64,000 nucleotides of DNA. Source: a virus. Taxonomy: Duplodnaviria; Caudoviricetes. A program made the position numbers and the translations under genes. The notes below the pieces were generated by a model. It had not been told where the DNA came from, made no database searches, and saw nothing but the letters and a program-made list of their open reading frames with translations. Below, in pieces: positions 28,092 to 36,972 of the stretch. Every line of letters begins with the position of its first letter. The first letter of the stretch is position 1. The stretch is from IMG/VR virus record IMGVR_UViG_3300045391_002348, positions 16,889 through 80,888 of that record; one strand, written 5' to 3'.

Positions 28092-31000
28092 ATGGCCTTC
28101 TCAGTTACCACGATCGGCACGTTCACCGGCACGGGTACTGCATCCGCCACGGTTGGAGCAGGGGGAGTTCCAGCTGGATCAGTCATAGCCGTCCTGGTGG
28201 GAGAGAACGCTACCGCAGTGTCCAGTGGTAGTGTCGCTGATAGTGCAAGTAACACTTACACCAGTGTTACGTCCAAGAACTACAACAACAACACCTCCAG
28301 CGGCTTCGTTGCGGCCTGGTACGCGAAGAACGTCACCGCTCTTGTTCAAAACAACACGATCACCTATACCCGAACAACAGCCGGCAGCGGAGTCTCGTTC
28401 GCCGCAGTTTATGTTACAGGCGCTGACACTAACAATCCACTGGACACCGGCGCTACTAACACAAATTTTGCTAACAGTAGTACTACATCCGTTCAATCGG
28501 GAACCCCCAGTTCAAGCGGCGATCTGTTCCTCGCCTTGGCAGGGTCGTCAGGTAATAACTTTACCCAGGACGGCACCTGGACCGGTATTACCACTATAAC
28601 CAGTAACGCCCGGATCGGGTGCGCATACGTCGTCGGTTCCGGGACTAGCACCAAGACCTATACACCGACCGTCGGAATGGTCTCTGACTGGTCGGCCCTG
28701 ATATTCGCACTCAGGCTGCCGCAGATCACCGCCTCGGCCCTGCTGGCCGGGACTGGATCGCTGTCCGCGGACGCCCTACCTCAGTTCTTCGGCTCTGCGA
28801 CCCTGGCCGGTACCGGCTCGCTCTCTGCAGACGCCCTGCCTCAGTTCTTCGGTTCGGCTACCCTGGCCGGCCAAGGCTCTCTCAAGTGCGACGCGCTCCC
28901 GCAGTTCTATGGATCGGCCACCTTGGACGGGACCGGAAGCCTCGTCAGCCTAGCTATCCTGTCGACGAACGGCTCTGCTATCCTGACGGGCGAGAGCTCG
29001 CTGTCCTCCGACGCCATCCCGCAGGTGTACGGCGCATCCCTGGAGGAGGTCACCGGCGGCCTGGACTCGTCGTCATTGCTGCTCGCCTCGACCACCTCCC
29101 TCCTCGCCGGCGTCAGCTCGCTTGCCCTGCTCGCTAACCTTATCGAGCAGACATCAGCTCTGCTAGCCGGCGAGGGAGGGGTCGGTGTCGATGTCACGAA
29201 GCAGTCGTATCTGGTCACTATCTTCCTGACCGACGGCGCGGGTTCCACGCGTTTCTGGGACATCCCCGGGGACTGGAATGATAATGATAATCTAATCATG
29301 ACGTTCGGAGCCGGCGGTGGCGGCGGCTCCACCGGGTTTGACGGACCTGGCGGTGGCGGCGGCGCATGCTGCGTCATGCCGAATTATACCTTTAGCGAGG
29401 ACGCGCGCACAGCGGGCTCGGTCTCTTACATCGTTGGAGCGGCAGGTCTGGGCCGATCTGTGAACGGAGGTCCGGCGACGGCCGGCGGAACGACGAGCTT
29501 CGACAATGGCGCATTTCAGGCCAAGGGGGCCTCGGCCGGATCAGGTAATAATGGCGGCGCCGGAGGTCTCGCCAGCGCCTCGATTGTCCCGGCCGGTGGT
29601 TTCAAGTTCAGCGGAGGAAGTGGCGGGGGTACCGGGGCCGGCGGTGGCGGCGGCGCGGCAGGTCCTCACGGTCCCGGGAGGAACGGCGGCAACGGCGGCA
29701 ACGGCGGTGGGGGCGGCGGAGGTTCTGACGGCGGGACCGCGGGCTCTAACAACAGTGGCAATGATGGTGGTAACGGTGGTGACGGCCGCAATCTGAATGG
29801 TCACGGTCTCGGGGGCCTCTTAGCCGGCGCCACTGCAGCTACCTCCGGTGCTGCCGGTAGTGGAGCCGGCGGTGGCGGGGACGGCGCCTTTACTAAAGGC
29901 GGGGGGAACGGCGCAGACAGCTACATGTTCCGTCAAACTTCAGACGGTGCAACAGCCGGCCCCGGAGGAGGCGGTGGGGGTCGCTCGGGGTCATCGGCCT
30001 CGGGGGGAGGGACTGGTGGAAGCGGCGGCGGCTACGGCGCGGGGGGCGGCGGAGCTTCGCCAGTCACGGCCGGCAGCGGGACCGGTGGCCTCATCGTCAT
30101 CCAATATAACCCGGTACTCGCCGTATTAACGGGCGAGAGTGACCTCCAGGTCGATACGACTAAGATTACGTCAGGCTACGCTCTACTGGCTGGAGACGGC
30201 TCTCTGGCCTCTCCGGCCACCCTCATCGGGACCGCAGTCGCCGCCCTCGCCGGCACGACCACCTTGTCCTCTGCGGCCTACCTCCTCGATACCCTCCTCT
30301 GGGGAGGGGCCGGAGGTCTCCTCCGGTCCACGGCGGTAGTAATTACCACCGGTGTATCTACTTTAGGTGGAGATACAGGGAGCCTCCAGGGAGCTGCCAC
30401 AGCGCTTCTCTCCGCGGGGGCCACCCTAGTAGGGGATAGCGCGCTAGACTCATCTGCAGCCTCCGATATTAGGGTGTCGGCCCGTTTATCCGGGTCCTCT
30501 AGTCTCTTAATCCCAGGGCTAGGCTGGTTCGCCTCTACCTCCATGGCGGGGGCGAGTTCAGCCGGGGCCGTGGCCGTGATGCAAGTCCAGGTCTCCTCGT
30601 TATACCCGGCACGAGGTGGAATACTTGCTCACGCGTCCACGGCCCTCTCATCATACTCTATACCACTTGATGTAACTGGTACGGTCCTGTCCGCTGCCTC
30701 ACTCCGGCTGCGGGGGTCTACCCGATTTAACGTCGCATCCGATCTCGAGTCGTCGGCCACCTACGTAGCCAGAGTTACCCAGGTAATAGGTGGAGTTGGC
30801 GGGCTTCATGTAGATATTCACTACACGAGCACTGCGGCTCGCCTTCCCTGCGTCGGTTCTCTCAGTGTCGATGCCTTCGTGAAGGGCCTGATCCCGGCGA
30901 AGGCCCTCACCTCGGGGACCTCCGACCTGACTGCCTCGGCCGCGGCTCTCCTGAAGTTCTCTGCTATCCTGAGAGGCGGTGGAAGTCTCGCGACATCCGC

Positions 31001-31697
31001 CGCCCTCTTCGCCGTAGCGAGAGCGAAGTTCCAAGGGACTAGCTCAATCCAGGCTGTCCCTGGACTATCAAAACCGGTCTCAGCTAAGTTACAGGGGGTA
31101 GGTTCCCTACGATCCCTGGCCCATTGCACAATCACGACCTCATCGGTCCTGTCTATATCATCCGACCTATCAGTCCGAGCCCACGGGAGGTTCGCGGCGT
31201 CTGCCAGGCTCGCCGGCTCTGCCGGCTATATCGGGGTCTCAGCAAGACGACGCTCCCCCCTCAACTCCCTCCTCGCCGGCTCCGCCTCATTAGACGCCTC
31301 CAGCGTCTACGCCCGCGGGGCGAGGTCACGATTGACCGGCGAGGGGAAGGTCCGGGCCGCTTCTACGGGGTTTGCCGTCGGTGCATCCACCATCCCGGCC
31401 TCGTCTGGTCTCTCGACTCGTGCGGTCCTGGTCGAGTCCGTTGTTGCAAGATTGCAGTCATCCTCCTCGGGTATAACCGCTGGGGGTGTGTGTCATCTGT
31501 CGACCGGTTCGCGAGTGGTCGGAGCCTCTAGCTTACACGTTGACGCACATCTGTACGGACACCGGGTCGTATCAGCACGGTTTAGGGCCGACGCTGGTTC
31601 AGTTAGCATCCGAGGTCGAAGGGGCTCGACCTCTCTTACGGGTCGTCGTGGTGGTGACCTGACCCGAGGGACCTCTGATGTAAAAACTATTAGCTAG
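28092..31697 (+). CDS. 1201-aa mosaic virion protein: beta-sandwich, 20-aa repeats, Gly-rich domain, Ser/Ala repeats
   Basis: Continuous ORF with GGGG-rich central domain and repeated LxGxxSL units. Confidence 0.8.
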   Translation: MAFSVTTIGTFTGTGTASATVGAGGVPAGSVIAVLVGENATAVSSGSVADSASNTYTSVTSKNYNNNTSSGFVAAWYAKNVTALVQNNTITYTRTTAGSGVSFAAVYVTGADTNNPLDTGATNTNFANSSTTSVQSGTPSSSGDLFLALAGSSGNNFTQDGTWTGITTITSNARIGCAYVVGSGTSTKTYTPTVGMVSDWSALIFALRLPQITASALLAGTGSLSADALPQFFGSATLAGTGSLSADALPQFFGSATLAGQGSLKCDALPQFYGSATLDGTGSLVSLAILSTNGSAILTGESSLSSDAIPQVYGASLEEVTGGLDSSSLLLASTTSLLAGVSSLALLANLIEQTSALLAGEGGVGVDVTKQSYLVTIFLTDGAGSTRFWDIPGDWNDNDNLIMTFGAGGGGGSTGFDGPGGGGGACCVMPNYTFSEDARTAGSVSYIVGAAGLGRSVNGGPATAGGTTSFDNGAFQAKGASAGSGNNGGAGGLASASIVPAGGFKFSGGSGGGTGAGGGGGAAGPHGPGRNGGNGGNGGGGGGGSDGGTAGSNNSGNDGGNGGDGRNLNGHGLGGLLAGATAATSGAAGSGAGGGGDGAFTKGGGNGADSYMFRQTSDGATAGPGGGGGGRSGSSASGGGTGGSGGGYGAGGGGASPVTAGSGTGGLIVIQYNPVLAVLTGESDLQVDTTKITSGYALLAGDGSLASPATLIGTAVAALAGTTTLSSAAYLLDTLLWGGAGGLLRSTAVVITTGVSTLGGDTGSLQGAATALLSAGATLVGDSALDSSAASDIRVSARLSGSSSLLIPGLGWFASTSMAGASSAGAVAVMQVQVSSLYPARGGILAHASTALSSYSIPLDVTGTVLSAASLRLRGSTRFNVASDLESSATYVARVTQVIGGVGGLHVDIHYTSTAARLPCVGSLSVDAFVKGLIPAKALTSGTSDLTASAAALLKFSAILRGGGSLATSAALFAVARAKFQGTSSIQAVPGLSKPVSAKLQGVGSLRSLAHCTITTSSVLSISSDLSVRAHGRFAASARLAGSAGYIGVSARRRSPLNSLLAGSASLDASSVYARGARSRLTGEGKVRAASTGFAVGASTIPASSGLSTRAVLVESVVARLQSSSSGITAGGVCHLSTGSRVVGASSLHVDAHLYGHRVVSARFRADAGSVSIRGRRGSTSLTGRRGGDLTRGTSDVKTIS
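28731..28935 (+). repeat. 60-bp (20-aa) tandem repeat
   Basis: A(L/T)LAGTGSLSADALPQFFGS repeated about 3.5 times. Confidence 0.85.
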
Positions 31698-31788
31698 GCG
31701 GGATCAGTCGCCCTGGTCACCCGACTAGCTGGTACGGACCCCGGCCAATAACCTGGTACGTCAAGCCTCCCGGGTCTTGGTCGGGGTC
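31692..31788. other. Twin long hairpins in the intergenic region (terminator or structured RNA)
   Basis: AGCTAG..CGGG/CCCG.CTAGCT (31692-31730) and GACCCCGGCCAA/TTGGTCGGGGTC (31737-31788). Confidence 0.5.
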
Positions 31789-31813
31789 TCGTCTTTAGGA
31801 AGGAGAGCCAATC

Positions 31814-32230
31814 GTGTCAGATAAACAGCACGACGATGTTGAACTATACGCAGGGGATACCTGGGCGATCGACGGAACTCTACTAGACATGGATGGTGGA
31901 CCGCTAGACATAACCAACATCGATCTCGATTGGATACTTCGGGGGGAGAACGGCGCGATCGCTATCATACCTGACGATGTCATCATCGATAAAGGGGACG
32001 ATCCGACCCTCGGTCTACTTGTCATAAACGTCTCGGCCAGTATAACGACTGGCCTTCCTGCTGGTCGATACAGCGACACCCTCAGGATGAGGTTCGCCGG
32101 GAAGGGTGAGACGCTGTGGGAGGGTGCGATACTTGTACAAGCAAACCGCTTCGGTGGGATCTCTCTCCGGACTAACGTAAACTTGACCGGAGCTGCGAGT
32201 TCTTTGTCAGTAGATGCAGTTATCGCGTGA
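31814..32230 (+). CDS. BppU-like beta-sandwich protein
   Basis: SD AGGAAGGAG; LYAGDTWAIDGTLLDMDGGPLDIT...GRYSD...LWEG. Confidence 0.7.
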   Translation: MSDKQHDDVELYAGDTWAIDGTLLDMDGGPLDITNIDLDWILRGENGAIAIIPDDVIIDKGDDPTLGLLVINVSASITTGLPAGRYSDTLRMRFAGKGETLWEGAILVQANRFGGISLRTNVNLTGAASSLSVDAVIA

Positions 32231-32242
32231 AGTGGGGGAAGG

Positions 32243-32437
32243 ATGGACGAGGCTCTAAAGCAACTCATTAACTTAGGTCTACCCGGGATCATCATCGCTG
32301 TCTTGCTCATTACCATCCGCGTACTATTCACAAAGTACGAGGAGTCTCAGAAGGCCCGCATCGATGACGGTCTCGCTAATCAAGAGAGAATGCACGAGGC
32401 CATCATGGCACTGGACCGGGCACGGGGGCAGAAGTGA
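32243..32437 (+). CDS. Small membrane protein (holin/antiholin-like)
   Basis: One N-terminal TM followed by a charged tail; lysis region. Confidence 0.6.
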   Translation: MDEALKQLINLGLPGIIIAVLLITIRVLFTKYEESQKARIDDGLANQERMHEAIMALDRARGQK

Positions 32438-32652
32438 GCATCATGGACTGGATCGGAAACTACATCGATCGGATGATTGACAAGAAGCTCCCTGTCTCAA
32501 CCGAGTACGTCGAGGCTCATGCGGAGAATACACGCCGCAGTATGAGGAGCCAGGTGGATGCTCTTTTACGTCGTGTAATCGACCACGAAGACGTGGACAC
32601 GCGGCGTGCTATGAGAAAAGAGGATAGCGATCGTGACAAGAACGGAGGTTGA
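32434..32652 (+). CDS. Hypothetical protein
   Basis: GTGA overlaps on both sides. Confidence 0.55.
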   Translation: MSIMDWIGNYIDRMIDKKLPVSTEYVEAHAENTRRSMRSQVDALLRRVIDHEDVDTRRAMRKEDSDRDKNGG

Positions 32653-33167
32653 GCGCGATGACTCTGTTTAGTAAGAAGATCACCTGGGGGGTCGTCGTCC
32701 GGGACGTATTCGCAATTGTACTGATGTACTTAGCCGGTATCGTATTCCTACCGAGGACCCTGCTACTCGAACTATTAAATGGTGTCCTCTCTGCGATATG
32801 CCTCTCGGTCGTCGTCGTATATACCCTGGCCACTATACCAGACCTGATCAATAGTCGGCTCAGGATCGCTAACGGGGTCACGATCATACGACTGTGCATC
32901 GTCGGAGCCTGGAGCTTCCAGCTGTGGCAGGCCATAGGTCGCATATACTTCTTGGAGTTTCACCCGGAGGTGCCCGGACGTACGTTCGACGCGTCTCTCG
33001 GTGTGTTCGGGATCGGCTACATCATCTTCGCCGCCGGCCACCTCATCGCGATCGGGATGATAGAGACCAACCAGTATGTCAGGACGAACGTCTGCATCGT
33101 CCTCTGGTCGATCTTGGCCGGTATCTTCGGGACGCTCGCCATGCACTACATCCACGGGGCACTATGA
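32649..33167 (+). CDS. Multi-pass membrane protein
   Basis: 4-5 hydrophobic segments. Confidence 0.7.
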   Translation: MSAMTLFSKKITWGVVVRDVFAIVLMYLAGIVFLPRTLLLELLNGVLSAICLSVVVVYTLATIPDLINSRLRIANGVTIIRLCIVGAWSFQLWQAIGRIYFLEFHPEVPGRTFDASLGVFGIGYIIFAAGHLIAIGMIETNQYVRTNVCIVLWSILAGIFGTLAMHYIHGAL

Positions 33168-34069
33168 GAGGGGTCGAGCACTTCAGTCTACTATCTAGCA
33201 GAAGGACCGGGAAGATGCCTGTTGTAAGTATGTTAAATCTGAAGGACCGCGCTGTGATGCCTCCGTCGATCGTTGGTAAGATCACAGCGATGGCAGCGAC
33301 CTCGTCACTGGCCAGTTACAACTGGCCGGGGCGGGGTCGTGCTCCTATGGGGTATGTGAAGGGGATGGGGGTCGTCTACGGTACGGCCTACCGCCGACTG
33401 AAGAAGGGGGACCCCATCGTCACCTCCATGGTCGAGGTCGTAGAGGGGCACCACGACGTGTTCGACCACCTGGAGACCGAGCTCCGGTCCGTCGGGCTAG
33501 TGACCGAGGGAGCGAGTGCGGCCATACGTCTGAGGATACTGCACGTCATACTGTACGCACTTGGCATGCGAGAGTCGTCGGGACGATACTGTGAGGGCCT
33601 GGACCAGTCTGCAGATAATACGAACGCCGAGGGAGCCGAGTGCGGGCCCTTCCAGCAGTCGTGGGACAGCCGTCCGGCCTCCCCCTGGATCGCGTGGCTT
33701 CTGAACGCTTACCTATCGAACACGGACTATCCGTCACTGGTCGACATATTCAAGGAGGGGGTCCACCCGAAGGCGAGTGACTCTGTTACGTATGGCTCGG
33801 GAAGGGGTGCCGACTTCCAGAAGATGATCAAGTCGCGACCGGAGTTCGCGGCCGAGGCCGCGTGCGTCGGAATGAGGACCAACTGCGGCCACTGGGGTCC
33901 GCTGGAACGTCACGAGGTCACCCTCCCCCTCCTGCTAATCGATTTCATGACAAAGGTGGAGCAGATCGTCGATACTGCATCACCGGGTAAACCCGACCCG
34001 ACCCCTTCGGGAAGAAGAACGTGGGGCCAAGCCATCGCCGATTGGATCAATCGGCTGTACAGAAAGTGA
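33164..34069 (+). CDS. Putative endolysin 1 (lysozyme-like fold)
   Basis: ATGA overlap; GMRESSG...AECGPFQQSW resembles a lysozyme/transglycosylase catalytic E-S and GxFQ pattern; lysis region. Confidence 0.6.
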   Translation: MRGVEHFSLLSSRRTGKMPVVSMLNLKDRAVMPPSIVGKITAMAATSSLASYNWPGRGRAPMGYVKGMGVVYGTAYRRLKKGDPIVTSMVEVVEGHHDVFDHLETELRSVGLVTEGASAAIRLRILHVILYALGMRESSGRYCEGLDQSADNTNAEGAECGPFQQSWDSRPASPWIAWLLNAYLSNTDYPSLVDIFKEGVHPKASDSVTYGSGRGADFQKMIKSRPEFAAEAACVGMRTNCGHWGPLERHEVTLPLLLIDFMTKVEQIVDTASPGKPDPTPSGRRTWGQAIADWINRLYRK

Positions 34070-34077
34070 GGCATGAC

Positions 34078-34263
34078 ATGTGGTTGTTAGTTCTGATCCT
34101 GGCACTCATCTTCGTCGGGTGGTCGGTGGTCACCCAGTACAAGAACACACCGATAGACAAGCCAGTGTGGAGCCGCATCTGGTCGGCCGTCGTGGCCGGA
34201 GGTCTCGTCATCGTCGGGATCGTCGGGCACTGGCTGTCTGCCCACGGCACTCCTCCGGGATAA
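34078..34263 (+). CDS. Two-TM small membrane protein
   Basis: MWLLVLILALIFVGWSVV...VVAGGLVIVGIV. Confidence 0.6.
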   Translation: MWLLVLILALIFVGWSVVTQYKNTPIDKPVWSRIWSAVVAGGLVIVGIVGHWLSAHGTPPG

Positions 34264-34273
34264 GAGAGGTCTC

Positions 34274-34912
34274 ATGGATTGGATACAGATTGGACTGAAG
34301 GTAGCCCAGCTCGGGCTACCAACCCTCGGCTCCCTCCTCGGAGGTCCGCTCGGGGGCGCTATAGGCGGCATCCTCGCGAAGGCAATAGGAGCCGCTGACG
34401 CAACACCGGAGGCGGTGGACAAGACCCTCGGAGAGATGGACCCCAACGTTCTGATACAGAAGTTGCGGTCCACCGAGGCCGAGGCCGTCGCCTTCGTCGA
34501 CGCCCAGGCGAAGGTCGCGATCGCCCAGTCGAAGGACATCAGCGACTTGATGAAGGCCGAGCTCGTAGACAGCCAGGACCATCCGAGCTGGTTTGGTATC
34601 TTCCAGCGCGGTTGGCGTCCGGCCTTCGCATGGCTCCTCCTGGTCGAGTGCGGCGGTCTCGGCGCTATCTTCGGGTGGGAGGCCGTCACTGCCGACTTCA
34701 AGACCCTCACGGCTCTCGGCGAGCACGAGAGTTTCATGCTATGGTGGTTCGGAATGCAGTTCGCGACCATCGGAGTATTCGGCATCGGCAGGTCCCAGGA
34801 GAAGGTCGCTGCAATTACCGCAGCCGGCCAGGCTACTCCCCAGGTGGACATCGGAGGGATCGTCGGCCAGGTCGTGGATCGCGTGAAGAACAAGTTCTCT
34901 AGGGAGTGGTAG
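34274..34912 (+). CDS. Holin (3TM / GTA-holin-like)
   Basis: LPTLGSLLGGPLGG N-terminus; FQRGWRPAFAW...FGIGRSQEK. Confidence 0.8.
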   Translation: MDWIQIGLKVAQLGLPTLGSLLGGPLGGAIGGILAKAIGAADATPEAVDKTLGEMDPNVLIQKLRSTEAEAVAFVDAQAKVAIAQSKDISDLMKAELVDSQDHPSWFGIFQRGWRPAFAWLLLVECGGLGAIFGWEAVTADFKTLTALGEHESFMLWWFGMQFATIGVFGIGRSQEKVAAITAAGQATPQVDIGGIVGQVVDRVKNKFSREW

Positions 34913-34913
34913 C

Positions 34914-35600
34914 ATGAGCCGTGTGTCTGAGATGTGGCACAACCTGACCGACAGGAAGCGTGCCGACACTGACTTCTTCGATGAGTTCGCCAAGCTCCTC
35001 CACGGCTCCAAGGAAGAGCCCGACGAGCCTGATGAGCCCGACGAGCCCGACGAGCCCGACGAGGCCTCTCCCTCGCCGGGCAAGCTCTCCCCTGTCCCGT
35101 ATCCTCTAGTCTGGATTGATAAGGCCCGCAGCTACATCGGAGTGAAGGAGGTCCCTGGAGCTGGAGACAACCCCGTCATCTTGAACTGGGCAAGGGGGAC
35201 CGGAGGAGCGACAGCGCGGGCGTATAAGCACGACTCGATTCCATGGTGTGCCCTGTTCGTCTGGACGGTCATGAGAGAGTCGGGGATGAGATACCTAGAC
35301 ACTCTCTGGGCTCTCGATGGCTTGAAGTATGGTATTAAGCTCGACGGTCCGGCCGTCGGCTGCATAGTGTGCTTCCAGCGAGAGGAAGGTGGGCACATAG
35401 GGTTCGTCGTGGGTAGAGACAAGCACGGTAACTTGATGGTACTCGGAGGAAACCAGTCGGACGCCGTGAACATAAAGCCGTTCGATCCTGACCGCGCTGT
35501 AGGATACAGGTGGCCCGAGGGGGTCGCGAGACCCGTAACCGGTCTCAGTCACCTTACTCTTCTGACGTCCGACGGGCGGGTCTCTACGAACGAGGCGTGA
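34914..35600 (+). CDS. Endolysin 2, TIGR02594-type NlpC/P60-CHAP peptidase
   Basis: IGVKEVPG...PWCALFV...GGHIGFV...VLGGNQSDAV. Confidence 0.9.
   Translation: MSRVSEMWHNLTDRKRADTDFFDEFAKLLHGSKEEPDEPDEPDEPDEPDEASPSPGKLSPVPYPLVWIDKARSYIGVKEVPGAGDNPVILNWARGTGGATARAYKHDSIPWCALFVWTVMRESGMRYLDTLWALDGLKYGIKLDGPAVGCIVCFQREEGGHIGFVVGRDKHGNLMVLGGNQSDAVNIKPFDPDRAVGYRWPEGVARPVTGLSHLTLLTSDGRVSTNEA
35016..35063 (+). repeat. 9-bp tandem repeat encoding (EPD)5 acidic linker
   Basis: GAGCCCGAC units. Confidence 0.9.
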
Positions 35601-35658
35601 GCTTCATCGCCGAGAGGTGGTGGAGGAGGGAGGGGGAGGGCCTTAATTAGCGAGGAGA

Positions 35659-35877
35659 ATGGATATTCTGGTCTCAGTTATCTATGCCCTCATCTATCTG
35701 GCCTGCATAGTTCTGGCGTACTATCTGATAATCTGGGTGCTGGAGTGGCTCGGCATCTCGATTCCTCCGATGGTCACGAAGGTAATCATGCTAATCTTAG
35801 TACTGGTTGCCGTCCTGGTCTTGCTCAGAGTATTCGGGCCAGTCGTTCACCTACCGGCGCTGTCGCCACCTAGATAG
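35659..35877 (+). CDS. Small two-TM membrane protein
   Basis: SD GAGGAG; highly hydrophobic; last gene of the + strand block. Confidence 0.7.
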   Translation: MDILVSVIYALIYLACIVLAYYLIIWVLEWLGISIPPMVTKVIMLILVLVAVLVLLRVFGPVVHLPALSPPR

Positions 35878-35883
35878 CGCCGG

Positions 35884-35922
35884 GGCCGGCCGCGGGCTTC
35901 GTTCCTTCACCCGTGGCCGGCC
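35884..35922. terminator. 13-bp GC hairpin at the convergence of the two transcription blocks
   Basis: GGCCGGCCGCGGG / CCCGTGGCCGGCC; no U-tract. Confidence 0.5.
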
Positions 35923-35990
35923 GCCTACGGATCCGCGGGCGCGGGCGCGCGCACTGCGCAGTGCGGCCCATTGCGCCTCAGACAGCATCG

Positions 35991-36146
35991 TCATTGTTTG
36001 CCTCGTTCGGAGCGCCACAACACCCATCCCGTCACGCAAACAAGAGCGAATGAGATCGCGAGCATGCTCAGAAATACGTAAGGGTCCATCGACCCTATAT
36101 GGAAGAACTTATCCACCCGCGGATCCGCCAAAAGCTCGTAATTCAT
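35991..36146 (-). CDS. Small single-pass membrane protein
   Basis: SD AAGGAG before MNYELL; TM YVFLSMLAISFALVCVTGWVLW. Confidence 0.65.
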   Translation of the reverse strand: MNYELLADPRVDKFFHIGSMDPYVFLSMLAISFALVCVTGWVLWRSERGKQ

Positions 36147-36148
36147 AT

Positions 36149-36262
36149 CTATCTCCTTCTGTCGGGGTGGTCCCCGTACTTGTGCCAAACGATAGAGCAC
36201 ACAACTACCAGGAGGAACACCAACGGCCAGTTAATTGCATTGAAAATGAAGTCTACTATCAT
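36149..36262 (-). CDS. 37-aa membrane peptide
   Basis: SD GAGGAGAGG; MIVDFIFNAINWPLVFLLVVVCSIVWHKYGDHPDRRR. Confidence 0.55.
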   Translation of the reverse strand: MIVDFIFNAINWPLVFLLVVVCSIVWHKYGDHPDRRR

Positions 36263-36373
36263 GACCCTCTCCTCTGCCTACGTCCGGCTACGAATGCACG
36301 CCATAGTAAGCGATCAACCCATGCGGCCGCCTGCCGGGTTGGACCGCCTGCGGTGCTGTTGCGGGATTGGAGC

Positions 36374-36553
36374 CTACTCCCACCGGGGTAACTCCAATCG
36401 CCGCGCGATAGCCTGGTGGCGTTCTCGGAGCTCGTCGCAACGATCTGCCAGTTCGTTCGTTCCTTCAACCCTTTCGTCAGGGCCGTCCGGCTCCATATCG
36501 TTGATGAACGCCAACGCGTCTTCGACCCACTGTAACAGTTCCTTGTCCATCAT
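36374..36553 (-). CDS. 59-aa acidic hypothetical protein
   Basis: ATGA overlap with the upstream stop; MMDKELLQWVEDALAFINDME... Confidence 0.6.
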   Translation of the reverse strand: MMDKELLQWVEDALAFINDMEPDGPDERVEGTNELADRCDELRERHQAIARRLELPRWE

Positions 36554-36735
36554 TGCTTCTCCTCATCTTCCTCGGCTGTCTTCGTATACATAGGTTCTCC
36601 CTCGAACCTCTGCCAGCCCTCCCACACCTCGTCTAAGTACAGGTGAAAGGCCCGGACCGCCTCGGCCTCCCGCCGACGCTCCACGGCCTCCCTCCGGGAT
36701 AGAGCACGAGCCTCGCTCTTACTGAGTACGGGCAC
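36550..36735 (-). CDS. Hypothetical protein
   Basis: Abuts neighbours; charged helix. Confidence 0.55.
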   Translation of the reverse strand: MPVLSKSEARALSRREAVERRREAEAVRAFHLYLDEVWEGWQRFEGEPMYTKTAEEDEEKQ

Positions 36736-36948
36736 TCAGTCATCCACCCTTACAAACAATCTAGCCGAGCACTCTATGCACTCGGTCTCGCAGCCGTCTT
36801 GGTTTCCCTCTATGAACCAAGCTGTCCCGCACCGGGGGCACTGGATCGATGTGAATAGTTCACCGCGGGCCTCTGCGGGATCTTGGTCAGATGCGAGGCT
36901 CGCAAGCATCGGTCTCAGGTCTACCACCTTATTATCTGTCATGACCAC
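36736..36948 (-). CDS. Zn-ribbon protein
   Basis: CPRC...CIEC; SD GGAGG. Confidence 0.65.
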   Translation of the reverse strand: MVMTDNKVVDLRPMLASLASDQDPAEARGELFTSIQCPRCGTAWFIEGNQDGCETECIECSARLFVRVDD

Positions 36949-36972
36949 CTCCGATTGTTTTGATTGTAGGCA

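Noticed and set aside
32894-33163. Long N-terminal extension of endolysin 1 given by the ORF track
   Set aside because: It overlaps the membrane gene out of frame. The ATGA overlap at 33164 is a better start.
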